From: a virus
Strand: one strand, 5' to 3'
Length of the DNA: 64,000 bases
IMG/VR virus record: IMGVR_UViG_3300025137_000025
Location: 14,587 to 78,586 of that record
Part shown: piece after piece, positions 23,593 to 31,999 of the stretch
How positions within the stretch are numbered: the first letter of the stretch is position 1
Layout: every line of letters starts with the position of its first letter
Program-made: the position numbers and the translations under genes
The notes under the pieces: model-generated
Database searches by the model: none
What the model saw: only the letters and a program-made list of their open reading frames with translations
Told to the model about the DNA's origin: nothing

Positions 23593-23900
23593 GATTAGTA
23601 AAAATACCTACTGTAGTTATAAAACGTATTAACGGTAGAGTAAACAGCGTTACGGGTAGACACCGAACTGGGAAAGTATACACTGACGTTGAGGTTAAAC
23701 AATACTTTAATATGTATATATCTGGCTATACTCTACAAGAGGTGGCTGAGCATTTTGAAGTATCACTTGGAAGAGTTGGGAACGCTTTATCAAAGCATGT
23801 AGGTATCATGCAGTATTGGCAAAAACTTTCAAAAGAAAACAGGTATCGCAGACATGGGGAATTAGAGCTTATGCACGTAAAAGAATTTATAGAGCAATGA
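23580..23900 (+). CDS. HTH DNA-binding protein
   Basis: 'GYTLQEVAEHFEVSLGRVGNAL' HTH. Confidence 0.65.
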   Translation: MGKIRLVKIPTVVIKRINGRVNSVTGRHRTGKVYTDVEVKQYFNMYISGYTLQEVAEHFEVSLGRVGNALSKHVGIMQYWQKLSKENRYRRHGELELMHVKEFIEQ

Positions 23901-24001
23901 GTGAAGAACTACTAAGCAATTGCTGCGGGGCTACGAAACATGGAGATTTGGATTTATGTTCTGAATGTCTAGAGCATGCAGATTTCACAGGTGAATATTA
24001 A
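23897..24001 (+). CDS. 34-aa Zn-finger-like peptide
   Basis: 'SNCCGA......CSECLEH'; ATGA overlap with the upstream gene. Confidence 0.6.
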   Translation: MSEELLSNCCGATKHGDLDLCSECLEHADFTGEY

Positions 24002-24006
24002 ATAAA

Positions 24007-24153
24007 ATGAGTAAAGTCAAAATTAGATCAACAACTAAGCCTCAGTCCTCTTTTGCATCTTACGAAGAATGGACAGCTTGGACAATACAACGGTACAAAA
24101 ATGAATGGAGTAAAAGAATGGAAAACTCGCACACAAAAACAGATAAGATTTAG
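24007..24153 (+). CDS. hypothetical protein (48 aa)
   Basis: Hand translation MSKVKIRSTTKPQSSFASYEEW... Confidence 0.45.
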   Translation: MSKVKIRSTTKPQSSFASYEEWTAWTIQRYKNEWSKRMENSHTKTDKI

Positions 24154-24213
24154 TGAGTGTATGTCTGCAGCAGGGTGGGTAGGAATAATTATAACCTTTA
24201 TATTACTTTGGAT

Positions 24214-24525
24214 ATGGAACTAGTAAACGAAGAATTTGAAGGAGACATAGGAGACTATGCTTTATCTATTGTTATGGAAGCTCGTGTAGTAGCTGTAGAC
24301 AATGGTATAGGGGATTACGAATTCTGGGGCACTAGAGGATATCACACAGATATTGTAAAGGAACTAGAATCTGCTCCCTATATAGAAGAAATGACACTGA
24401 TTGATGAAGACTCTAATCAAATAGAGATTGGGGAAGAAGAAAAAAACCTCATTGATAAGTGGATTACACAAAATAGTAGCATAATAGAAGAAACGCTTCT
24501 TGAAAAAGCTATTATTGATTGTTAA
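24214..24525 (+). CDS. acidic hypothetical protein
   Basis: MELVNEEF..., contains 'DNGIG.YEFWG'. Confidence 0.6.
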   Translation: MELVNEEFEGDIGDYALSIVMEARVVAVDNGIGDYEFWGTRGYHTDIVKELESAPYIEEMTLIDEDSNQIEIGEEEKNLIDKWITQNSSIIEETLLEKAIIDC

Positions 24526-24533
24526 GCTAACAT

Positions 24534-24607
24534 GCGCTTATAGCTCAGTCGGTTAGAGCATCCGACTCATAATCGGCAGGTCCTAGGTTCAAGTCCTAGT
24601 AGGCGCA
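24534..24607 (+). tRNA. tRNA with CAT anticodon (probably Ile2/lysidine type, possibly Met)
   Basis: Full cloverleaf: GCGCTTA/TAGGCGC acceptor, TAGCTCAG..GG..AGAGC D-arm, CTCATAA loop, GGTTCAAGTCC T-arm; no encoded CCA. Confidence 0.9.
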
Positions 24608-24669
24608 CTTATCTCGTCATTTATGACTGTCAAAGCGGCAACAGGTCACCGACACCTGTGGGGTATTAA

Positions 24670-24743
24670 GCTCTCTTAGCTCAGCTGGTTAGAGCATCTC
24701 ACTTTTAATGAGAGGGTCCTGGGTTCGAGTCCCAGAGGGGGTA
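24670..24743 (+). tRNA. tRNA-Lys(TTT)
   Basis: Cloverleaf with TCTCA-CTTTTAA-TGAGA anticodon arm and GGTTCGAGTCC T-arm. Confidence 0.9.
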
Positions 24744-24879
24744 CGACTATTATCTAACATCAATCACCTATACAAGATGTTAGAGTTTATGTAAGATAGG
24801 TTGCCCGACACCTTGTGGGTACAACGAATCAAGGTAGGGGAGATAAGTAGGTGCAAGATGCTTACTCTCCCCGATTTCT

Positions 24880-24953
<74 letters not shown>

Positions 24954-24981
24954 CAATCAAAATTTAAACACAAACAATTTA

Positions 24982-25503
24982 ATGGAGAACGAAGAAAATG
25001 TAACATCTCCTTGGGTGTACGCAGGGCTAAAACAGAGGTCACGTTTATTTTTGATAAACAGACACACAAGTAGCCATGCAGATCTTAATGGGATATTGGA
25101 GTGCTGTACTATAGTTTTTAGTGCATCACGAGATGACATATTGGGGAGCTGTCGTAAACATGAGTTTGCGCTTGCACGACACGCGTTTGTAAAGCTAGCT
25201 CGAGATAGGACACACGAGTCTTATGCAGTTATAGCTGAATACTTAGGTAAAAGAAACCACGCAACTGCGGTTAACAGTTTTAAACAGGCTAATGTTTTAA
25301 TTGAGACTTATCCGATGTTTAGGGATAAATATGAAATGACAGCTAAACTGCTTAAAAAAGCTGAAACTATTAAAGAGGCGCATAACCTTGAGAAACTTTC
25401 AGAGAGACTTGAGTTAATTAAAAAATTTAAAATTGACGATAATGTTATTGAATACAAAAACAATGAAGAAAACATTAAGCATAAAAGATCAGAAACAGCG
25501 TGA
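24982..25503 (+). CDS. DnaA domain IV (C-terminal HTH)-like protein
   Basis: 'ILGS.RK...ALARH....L.R.....SY..IA.YLG.RNHAT..NS' matches Bac_DnaA_C; no AAA+ domain. Confidence 0.75.
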   Translation: MENEENVTSPWVYAGLKQRSRLFLINRHTSSHADLNGILECCTIVFSASRDDILGSCRKHEFALARHAFVKLARDRTHESYAVIAEYLGKRNHATAVNSFKQANVLIETYPMFRDKYEMTAKLLKKAETIKEAHNLEKLSERLELIKKFKIDDNVIEYKNNEENIKHKRSETA

Positions 25504-26614
25504 AGCACTTAATGCATGGGCATCTGCTGGCTGCAATGGGTCTATTATTGCTGGTACTGGTTTTGGGAAGTCCCGCTGTGGTGTACTTGCTACTAAATGG
25601 GCGTTAAAAGACGGAGGTAAAGCTATTGTGCTTGTACCTACTACACAGTTGCAAGATCAATTTGCAGAAGAGTTTAATAAGTGGGATGCAGGAGATCTTG
25701 TAAATACAAAACAGGTAGAGTTTGTGTGCTATCAGTCTGCGTACAAATTAGAGAACATGCATTACGATATTGTAGTGTGCGATGAGGTGCACTTAGGCAT
25801 TAGCGAACAGTACCGTAAGTTCTTTGAGAACAACACTTATGACAAGCTTATCTGCATGACAGCTACTGTCCCTGAAGAAGATGAGTATCGTAAGTATCTT
25901 ATGACACTGGCTCCTATACGATTTCATATCTCACTAGATGAGTGTGTAAACTTAGGATTAGTTAGCCCTTATGAGATTGTGTGTCTTCCTTTGGAGCTAA
26001 GCGACGAAGACAGAGCAGAATACAAGAAGGCTAACAATTTGTTTGTGCAAATGAAGTACAAGCTAGGAGGGTTTGATGTATTTACACATGCTCAAGGAAT
26101 CTTAGCTGGGACTAGAGACGGAGACAAAGGTGCAGCAGCTCAGTATTTCAATGCAATACGCAGACGCAAAGCTGTTGTACAGCAAGCTAATGTCAAGATT
26201 GAGAAGGCTAAAGAACTAATAGCAGATCATCCTGATGAGAAGATTCTTGTATTCTCTGGAGTCAATAGTTTTACTGATAAAATGGCTGAAGCTCTAGGGG
26301 GACTGCCTTATCATTCAAAGCATACAAAGAAAGTACGAGAAGCTACACTTAGTCACTTCAGAGACGGTTCTAACAACGTCTTGTGCAGCACACAAGCACT
26401 TAACCAAGGCTTTGATGTTCCTGATGCTTCTGTGGGTGTTATTGCTGGTCTTACTAGCAAGGCTCTGCCCATGATACAACGTGTAGGTAGATTGCTGCGA
26501 TTAAGTACACCTGATAAGATTGGGAAGATCTATATCATGTACATCAAAGATTCGCAGGAAGAAAAATGGTTACGAAATTCAGTTAAATCTTTAAACAATA
26601 TAAAATGGCTTTAA
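25463..26614 (+). CDS. superfamily 2 (DExH) helicase
   Basis: GTGFGKS, DEVH, TAT, 'GFDVP', 'QRVGR'. Confidence 0.9.
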   Translation: MKKTLSIKDQKQREALNAWASAGCNGSIIAGTGFGKSRCGVLATKWALKDGGKAIVLVPTTQLQDQFAEEFNKWDAGDLVNTKQVEFVCYQSAYKLENMHYDIVVCDEVHLGISEQYRKFFENNTYDKLICMTATVPEEDEYRKYLMTLAPIRFHISLDECVNLGLVSPYEIVCLPLELSDEDRAEYKKANNLFVQMKYKLGGFDVFTHAQGILAGTRDGDKGAAAQYFNAIRRRKAVVQQANVKIEKAKELIADHPDEKILVFSGVNSFTDKMAEALGGLPYHSKHTKKVREATLSHFRDGSNNVLCSTQALNQGFDVPDASVGVIAGLTSKALPMIQRVGRLLRLSTPDKIGKIYIMYIKDSQEEKWLRNSVKSLNNIKWL

Positions 26615-26666
26615 AACATGTAAGTAAAACCGGTATAGACAGACACAACACATAATACTTTTCTTT

Positions 26667-27218
26667 ATGATCGTAGAGATTGGTATAAATAGTCTCAAAG
26701 ATTTTGGGATAACTGCTGATGAATATGTATATTTACAGCTGTTACAAAGTGGTTCCCACGATGTCATAGACGATCTAAAGTTAGTTGTTAGGTTAGAAGT
26801 ACTGCAAACCAAAGGCCTAGTTAAGCTGGGGGAGAGCACTGATCAACATGTCGTAAGAGATAAATTTAGCTCTGCTAATTCTACCCCTTTCGATCAAATG
26901 TGGTCAGAGCTTCTCTCCCACTTTCCTCTAAAGGTGTATGCAAATGGGGGTATGAGACCCCTTCGAGCCAAAGACCCTAACGCCTCAACAAATAATAAAG
27001 CCCGCAAGCAGTACAAAAAGTACATAGGCGATAGCGTGGCTAAACATAAGGAGGTAATACGGTGCTTAGGTGTAGAGCTAGACCAAAGAAAGAAAGCTAA
27101 CAATTTAGGTTATATGCAGATGCTCAGCACATGGGTTAATCAGTATTCATGGGAAAAGTATCAAGACCTTACAGAATCTTTAGACAACAATGAGCGGCGC
27201 ATCACAAGGGAACTCTAG
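26667..27218 (+). CDS. hypothetical replication protein (candidate initiator or helicase loader)
   Basis: 183 aa directly upstream of and overlapping DnaB; 'F..MW....P' and 'TWVNQ.SWE' resemble phage replication-protein C-termini. Confidence 0.5.
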   Translation: MIVEIGINSLKDFGITADEYVYLQLLQSGSHDVIDDLKLVVRLEVLQTKGLVKLGESTDQHVVRDKFSSANSTPFDQMWSELLSHFPLKVYANGGMRPLRAKDPNASTNNKARKQYKKYIGDSVAKHKEVIRCLGVELDQRKKANNLGYMQMLSTWVNQYSWEKYQDLTESLDNNERRITREL

Positions 27219-28131
27219 TCTCCCAAAACTTTTCCATATATCGAAGACAGTAGAGAAATCTATCAAAGATGTCCACGATGGTATGGCAGGCAAAAGACAA
27301 GTATACCCTACGTCTTGGCCCCGACTTAACAGAAATCTTATGGGTGGTTTACAACCAGGCAAGATGTATGTTATTGCAGGTCGTCCAGGTGTAGGTAAAT
27401 CAGCATTTTCTAATCAATTAATATTCGACATACTAGATGTAAACAAAAAAAAACAAAACGATCTCATAGTTATTTATTGGAGCTTTGAGATGCCTGGCGA
27501 ACAGCAAATTCTTCGTGCAGGTTCAAAAGACACAAAACTGCAAACGTTTGATCTTTTGTCGGTAGAGAAAACTCTATCTACAGAATCGTTTGAACGATAT
27601 AAGCAGGCCGTACAGAGATATAAGGAATATCCCATGTATTTCTGTAGTATCCCTCAAGACATGGCAATTATCAAAAAAGTCAACGAGGAGATGTTTTTAC
27701 GACATCCTTCTAAAACTGTCATCAATTTGATTGACCATTCACGATTAGTGCTAGGTCGAGAGGATACTGAATTACAGAAACTAAATACAGTTTCCAAGTC
27801 TTGCATGTGGATGCAGGCTAAAATGCAATCCATTACTATACTACTCTCACAACTGAATCGTAATATCGAGCAGGAGTACCGAGCCAAGCAGCAATATCAA
27901 CCATTGCTTACTGACCTCTTCGGAGGTGATTCTATTGGCCAGGACTCTCATGTAGTCATGATGCTACAGCGACCGTACGATTTGTATGGTATTACTGATT
28001 CGTATTGTGGACAAGACCCTGTAGGGTTACTTGCTTGTCACGTAGAGAAGAATCGTGATGGTTTGCTAGGTATGATTCCATTTCAAACAGATTTATCAAC
28101 TTTTACAATTAATGAGCGAAGTAAAGATTAG
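27190..28131 (+). CDS. dnaB: DnaB-like replicative helicase (C-terminal ATPase domain only)
   Basis: GRPGVGKS, 'SFEM', 'IDH', 'LSQLNR', 'IGQDS', 'KNRDG'. Confidence 0.9.
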   Translation: MSGASQGNSSLPKLFHISKTVEKSIKDVHDGMAGKRQVYPTSWPRLNRNLMGGLQPGKMYVIAGRPGVGKSAFSNQLIFDILDVNKKKQNDLIVIYWSFEMPGEQQILRAGSKDTKLQTFDLLSVEKTLSTESFERYKQAVQRYKEYPMYFCSIPQDMAIIKKVNEEMFLRHPSKTVINLIDHSRLVLGREDTELQKLNTVSKSCMWMQAKMQSITILLSQLNRNIEQEYRAKQQYQPLLTDLFGGDSIGQDSHVVMMLQRPYDLYGITDSYCGQDPVGLLACHVEKNRDGLLGMIPFQTDLSTFTINERSKD

Positions 28132-28825
28132 TCTTCCGACACAGAAAACAAAAGCTGTGCGGAAGTCTCCTAAAAACTTTGTCTTGTATGGTCAACCAAA
28201 GGTAGGTAAGACATCCGCTCTAGCACAGCTAGACAATTGTCTTATCATAGACTTGGAAGACGGTACAGACATGTTAGATGCTTTGAAGATCAAAGCAAAA
28301 GACCTCAAACATCTTGCTGAGATAGGTAAAGAGGTATTAAAACAAGGCAAACCTTACAAGTATATTGCTATTGATACTGTTACACAACTTGAAGTCTGGT
28401 GTGAACCAGAAGCCAAGAAGTTGTATCAGAACACCCCTATGGGTAAGAACTTTGACAAAGACAACAAAGGTTTGTCTGTGTTAACTCTACCCAACGGCGG
28501 CGGTTATATGTATCTACGCATAGCTTTCAAGAAGTGGCTTGAGCGTTTAAATACTCTTGCAGACCATGTAATACTGGTCGGTCACCTCAAAGAGGCAAAG
28601 ATTGAGAAGAAAGGTAAAGAGGTCGCCTATAAAGACCTTGACCTCACAGGAAAGATTCGCAACATTACCTGTGCTAATGCTGACGCCATTGGTTATGTAT
28701 TTCGAGAAGACGATACTACTATGATTAGTTTCGATTCACTCGGTGACATACAAGCTGGCTCTCGTTGCGATCACCTTAAAGGACAAACGTTCCCGTTAGA
28801 ATGGGACAAAATATTTATTGATTAA
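28112..28825 (+). CDS. Sak4-like AAA ATPase / recombinase
   Basis: 'YGQPKVGKT', 'IDLEDG', 'IAIDT', 'ILVGH', 'ADAIGY'. Confidence 0.8.
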   Translation: MSEVKISLPTQKTKAVRKSPKNFVLYGQPKVGKTSALAQLDNCLIIDLEDGTDMLDALKIKAKDLKHLAEIGKEVLKQGKPYKYIAIDTVTQLEVWCEPEAKKLYQNTPMGKNFDKDNKGLSVLTLPNGGGYMYLRIAFKKWLERLNTLADHVILVGHLKEAKIEKKGKEVAYKDLDLTGKIRNITCANADAIGYVFREDDTTMISFDSLGDIQAGSRCDHLKGQTFPLEWDKIFID

Positions 28826-28835
28826 TTACGCTACT

Positions 28836-29198
28836 ATGATTGAAGCAAACCAACAAACGGAGCCTACCGTAGAAAAGCAAGAAACCCCAAAAGGGCAAGA
28901 CCGTGTGATCAAAGTGTCACAGATTATTATCGATTTGGACAACGGACTAGGTCGTCCGCAAATCAAAGAGAAGTATAGTTTGACTGCTACTGAATTAAAA
29001 GCCTTGTTTCAAGTGCCTGTTCTTAAGAAGCGTCGTCCAAAACGTGCTTTAACTAAGATCTCCTTCACTCTTGTGGATGATGTAACTCCTGCAGAAGATG
29101 AGAATCAACTGCGTGTAGATGTTGAAGCACAACGAACTGAAGACAGTGTTTCTGAGAACGACTCAGAGACTTTTGACACCTTTGAAATCATTGACTAA
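28836..29198 (+). CDS. hypothetical protein
   Basis: About 120 aa with an acidic tail. Confidence 0.6.
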   Translation: MIEANQQTEPTVEKQETPKGQDRVIKVSQIIIDLDNGLGRPQIKEKYSLTATELKALFQVPVLKKRRPKRALTKISFTLVDDVTPAEDENQLRVDVEAQRTEDSVSENDSETFDTFEIID

Positions 29199-29956
29199 TG
29201 GCTATTACCGCAAATAATTCAAACGAAGAAGTAGCAGGAGGGAGTGGAATTCCTATGTTCGTAGGTATTGCACCTATGCAAGTAGTTGCCGTGAACCCTA
29301 CACTCAAAGAGCTTAATGACCTTGGAATTCCAGCAAAGGTTGAGCCTGAGTATATAGGTGTTAACATTAACTCTGATACTTTCAACAAAATAACCTTCTG
29401 GGTTAAGTGCATTGAGCCTGAGTTCTTGACTCGCTTTGATGTACTAGTGAAGCCTGAGCATCGTGTTGCTAAATCTGGGAAACCTCAGTGGTGTAACTCT
29501 GTCGGTCAGTTTGCTTTTGCAGACCAGAAAGCATCAGAGGCGTATGACTGGTTCAAAGACACAGGTGTGCGTGAAGCGTACATTGGTGAAGAAACTTTGA
29601 TGAGGTTTATTCAAGCTTATGCAAACGTAGCTAACGGAGATGAATGTGCATTTGAGACTATGGGTAAAATCATGGCAGGTGATGTAACTGAAGTTCGACA
29701 GCTTGTAAATGCACTTTCTGAGAATAGAGTTCGTCTCTTGCTTGGTGTCAAAGATGGTAAGTACCAGCAGGTATACACCAAGCACTTTGGTAGACTTAAG
29801 CCGTTCCGTAAGGATCTGTTTATCAAGCAGCTGAACGATGATTATGGTTCATTTAATGCAGAATACAACGCTAGCCTTGATTTAGAAAAGTATGTTCCTG
29901 GGTTGATTGCTCCTGATCCTGAGCCAGCAGTAGAGACAGCTGATAGCAATTGGTAA
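29198..29956 (+). CDS. putative single-stranded DNA-binding protein
   Basis: 252 aa with an acidic tail ending in W, between the Sak4-like ATPase and primase; positional inference. Confidence 0.5.
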   Translation: MAITANNSNEEVAGGSGIPMFVGIAPMQVVAVNPTLKELNDLGIPAKVEPEYIGVNINSDTFNKITFWVKCIEPEFLTRFDVLVKPEHRVAKSGKPQWCNSVGQFAFADQKASEAYDWFKDTGVREAYIGEETLMRFIQAYANVANGDECAFETMGKIMAGDVTEVRQLVNALSENRVRLLLGVKDGKYQQVYTKHFGRLKPFRKDLFIKQLNDDYGSFNAEYNASLDLEKYVPGLIAPDPEPAVETADSNW

Positions 29957-29975
29957 GAATAGATATCTAGATAAT

Positions 29976-30006
29976 GGAGGGGACTTCGGTCCCCTTCTTT
30001 ATTTTT
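29976..30006 (+). terminator. intrinsic terminator
   Basis: GAGGGGAC-TTCG-GTCCCCTT with a UUCG tetraloop and a T-run. Confidence 0.8.
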
Positions 30007-30013
30007 GCAGATT

Positions 30014-31042
30014 ATGATTAAACACAGAAAAAGTGACGATCATCTGCACACGGATGTAATTCTTGCTAAAGTATCAGAGTACGATATATTCAAACACTAT
30101 TGTTCTAGCTTTAAAAAGTTAGGTACTAAGTTTTGCAGTGACCTTAGGGAAGATAAAAGCCCTGGTGTCAGTATAGTTGAGTGGAAGAACACCTTATTGT
30201 ACAAGGATTTTGCTAATGAAGAACATACCTTTAATTGTTTTGGGTATGTTATGCATAAGTATAACCTTGACTTTGTAGGTGCTCTTCAACTTATTTCTCG
30301 AGACTTTGGTCTTGGGTTAGCTGCTACAGACGTAATGCCTACCGCTCGTAAGTATACCTACACAAAAACCCCACTTAAAAAGGCTGTAATCCGTATAAAA
30401 TCAAGAAGATGGCTTCCTGAAGATGCAGATTACTGGAAGAAGTTTTGTATTCCGAAGAGTTTATTGGTTAAATTTGACGTTCACCCAGTAAAATATTTTT
30501 GGATTAATGAAACACGTTTTCACCCGCCTAGTATCAGTTATGCTTTCCGTTTTAACGGAGGTTATAAGATTTATAGCCCGCATGAAAGTGACAATAAGTG
30601 GTATTCTAACGTGGGCCGAAACGTCATACAAGGATATAGTCAATTGGCTAAAACTGGGGAAATTGTATTTCTCACAAGTTCGCTCAAGGACGTCATGTGC
30701 TTGGAAGTCCTTGGCTACGCATCCATCGCGTTACAGTCCGAAATGCAATTGCCAGAAGAAACCCTCGTACAAACGCTCAAGGAAAGGTTCAAAAAAGTAA
30801 TCGTGTTTTACGATAACGATTTTGGATCAGAGCAAAATCCGGGGCAAACTATGGCTTCTAAGATTTGTTCTAAGTTTGATATACCTAATATATATGTTCC
30901 TGACATATATTGCAGCAAGGATATCTCTGATCTAATTAAAAATCGTGGTCTGGCTACAGCACAACAATTAATTAAAGATGAGATATGCAAAAGGACAAAC
31001 AAAAGCAAATTGACGATATCCTACATAGATGTTCCATTCTAA
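30014..31042 (+). CDS. DNA primase
   Basis: N-terminal 'S.LRED..P...YKDF'; TOPRIM 'TSSLKDVM...FYDND....KDISD'. Confidence 0.85.
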   Translation: MIKHRKSDDHLHTDVILAKVSEYDIFKHYCSSFKKLGTKFCSDLREDKSPGVSIVEWKNTLLYKDFANEEHTFNCFGYVMHKYNLDFVGALQLISRDFGLGLAATDVMPTARKYTYTKTPLKKAVIRIKSRRWLPEDADYWKKFCIPKSLLVKFDVHPVKYFWINETRFHPPSISYAFRFNGGYKIYSPHESDNKWYSNVGRNVIQGYSQLAKTGEIVFLTSSLKDVMCLEVLGYASIALQSEMQLPEETLVQTLKERFKKVIVFYDNDFGSEQNPGQTMASKICSKFDIPNIYVPDIYCSKDISDLIKNRGLATAQQLIKDEICKRTNKSKLTISYIDVPF

Positions 31043-31182
31043 TGAGTAATCTTGGAATGAAAACTAAGGATGATGTGGGAAGTAGGGATAAAGCAAAACA
31101 AATAGAACGAAAGTGGCTTCAAGAAATAAAAGACATAGATCTAGAACAGTACAAAATGTTGGTACCCGATCTACGAGAGTGA
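30985..31182 (+). CDS. hypothetical protein
   Basis: 65 aa bridging primase and endonuclease. Confidence 0.5.
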   Translation: MQKDKQKQIDDILHRCSILMSNLGMKTKDDVGSRDKAKQIERKWLQEIKDIDLEQYKMLVPDLRE

Positions 31183-31604
31183 GAAACGCACGCAGAAAAG
31201 AAGTCGATGGCATAAACTTTAGAAGTATGCTTGAGGTATTCTGTTACGAAAAGCTCAAAGAGAACGGTATTAGCTCGGAGTATGAAACTAAAAAGTTTGT
31301 TCTGTTTAAAGGCATGCACTACGGTAGTAGTAGATATGAAGACAACGGAAAAACTGGATACCAGGATAAGAAAGCTCATAAAGTTAGAGATATTACTTAC
31401 ACTCCTGACTTCCTTGACCCAAAAGGGAAATGGATTATAGAGTGCAAAGGATATGCTAACGAAAGGTTTCCTTTGAAATGGAAAATGTTTTTAAAGCTGC
31501 TAATGGAACAGGATGATCCTCCTGTATTATTCGTACCTCGAAATCAAAAGCAAATATTGCAGACGATGGAGATGATTTTAGAACTGACGGCCCCTACAAA
31601 ATAG
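31179..31604 (+). CDS. T7 endonuclease I-like PD-(D/E)xK nuclease (Holliday junction resolvase)
   Basis: 'FRSMLE...YTPDF...IIECKG'; GTG start overlapping the upstream TGA. Confidence 0.8.
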   Translation: MRNARRKEVDGINFRSMLEVFCYEKLKENGISSEYETKKFVLFKGMHYGSSRYEDNGKTGYQDKKAHKVRDITYTPDFLDPKGKWIIECKGYANERFPLKWKMFLKLLMEQDDPPVLFVPRNQKQILQTMEMILELTAPTK

Positions 31605-31616
31605 GGGTCGTTTTTA
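31586..31616 (+). terminator. intrinsic terminator
   Basis: GACGGCCCCTA...TAGGGGTCGTT followed by a T-run. Confidence 0.65.
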
Positions 31617-31627
31617 TTTACAACAAT

Positions 31628-31999
31628 ATGGAAGAATTTAAATTAAGGTCAGGGGTAGAACCCCCCGATCCTGGAGACTTAATTGGTGTAGCTTATGGTG
31701 GAGCTGGGATGATCACTCCTTCTGTATTTATAAGGGTTAAACAAGGCAATGGCCATTATATTGTTAACCATTTTATACTAGGGGGTTATTGGTCTCGCAG
31801 AAAGTTACCGCCTTCTCCTACACTAGAGTGGGTACACAAAAACTGTGACTATATCTACGGAAGTTGTATATCAGATAGGATTATTTATGCAGACCCTAGG
31901 TGTTTGTCTAAAGAACAGAAAGAAGAGTATCATGTAATTAAATCACTTGTAAAAAATGAGTATAAAAACTATTGGGCAACAGACTCAATCAAACACTAG
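31628..31999 (+). CDS. hypothetical protein
   Basis: 123-aa ORF with an A-rich leader. Confidence 0.55.
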   Translation: MEEFKLRSGVEPPDPGDLIGVAYGGAGMITPSVFIRVKQGNGHYIVNHFILGGYWSRRKLPPSPTLEWVHKNCDYIYGSCISDRIIYADPRCLSKEQKEEYHVIKSLVKNEYKNYWATDSIKH

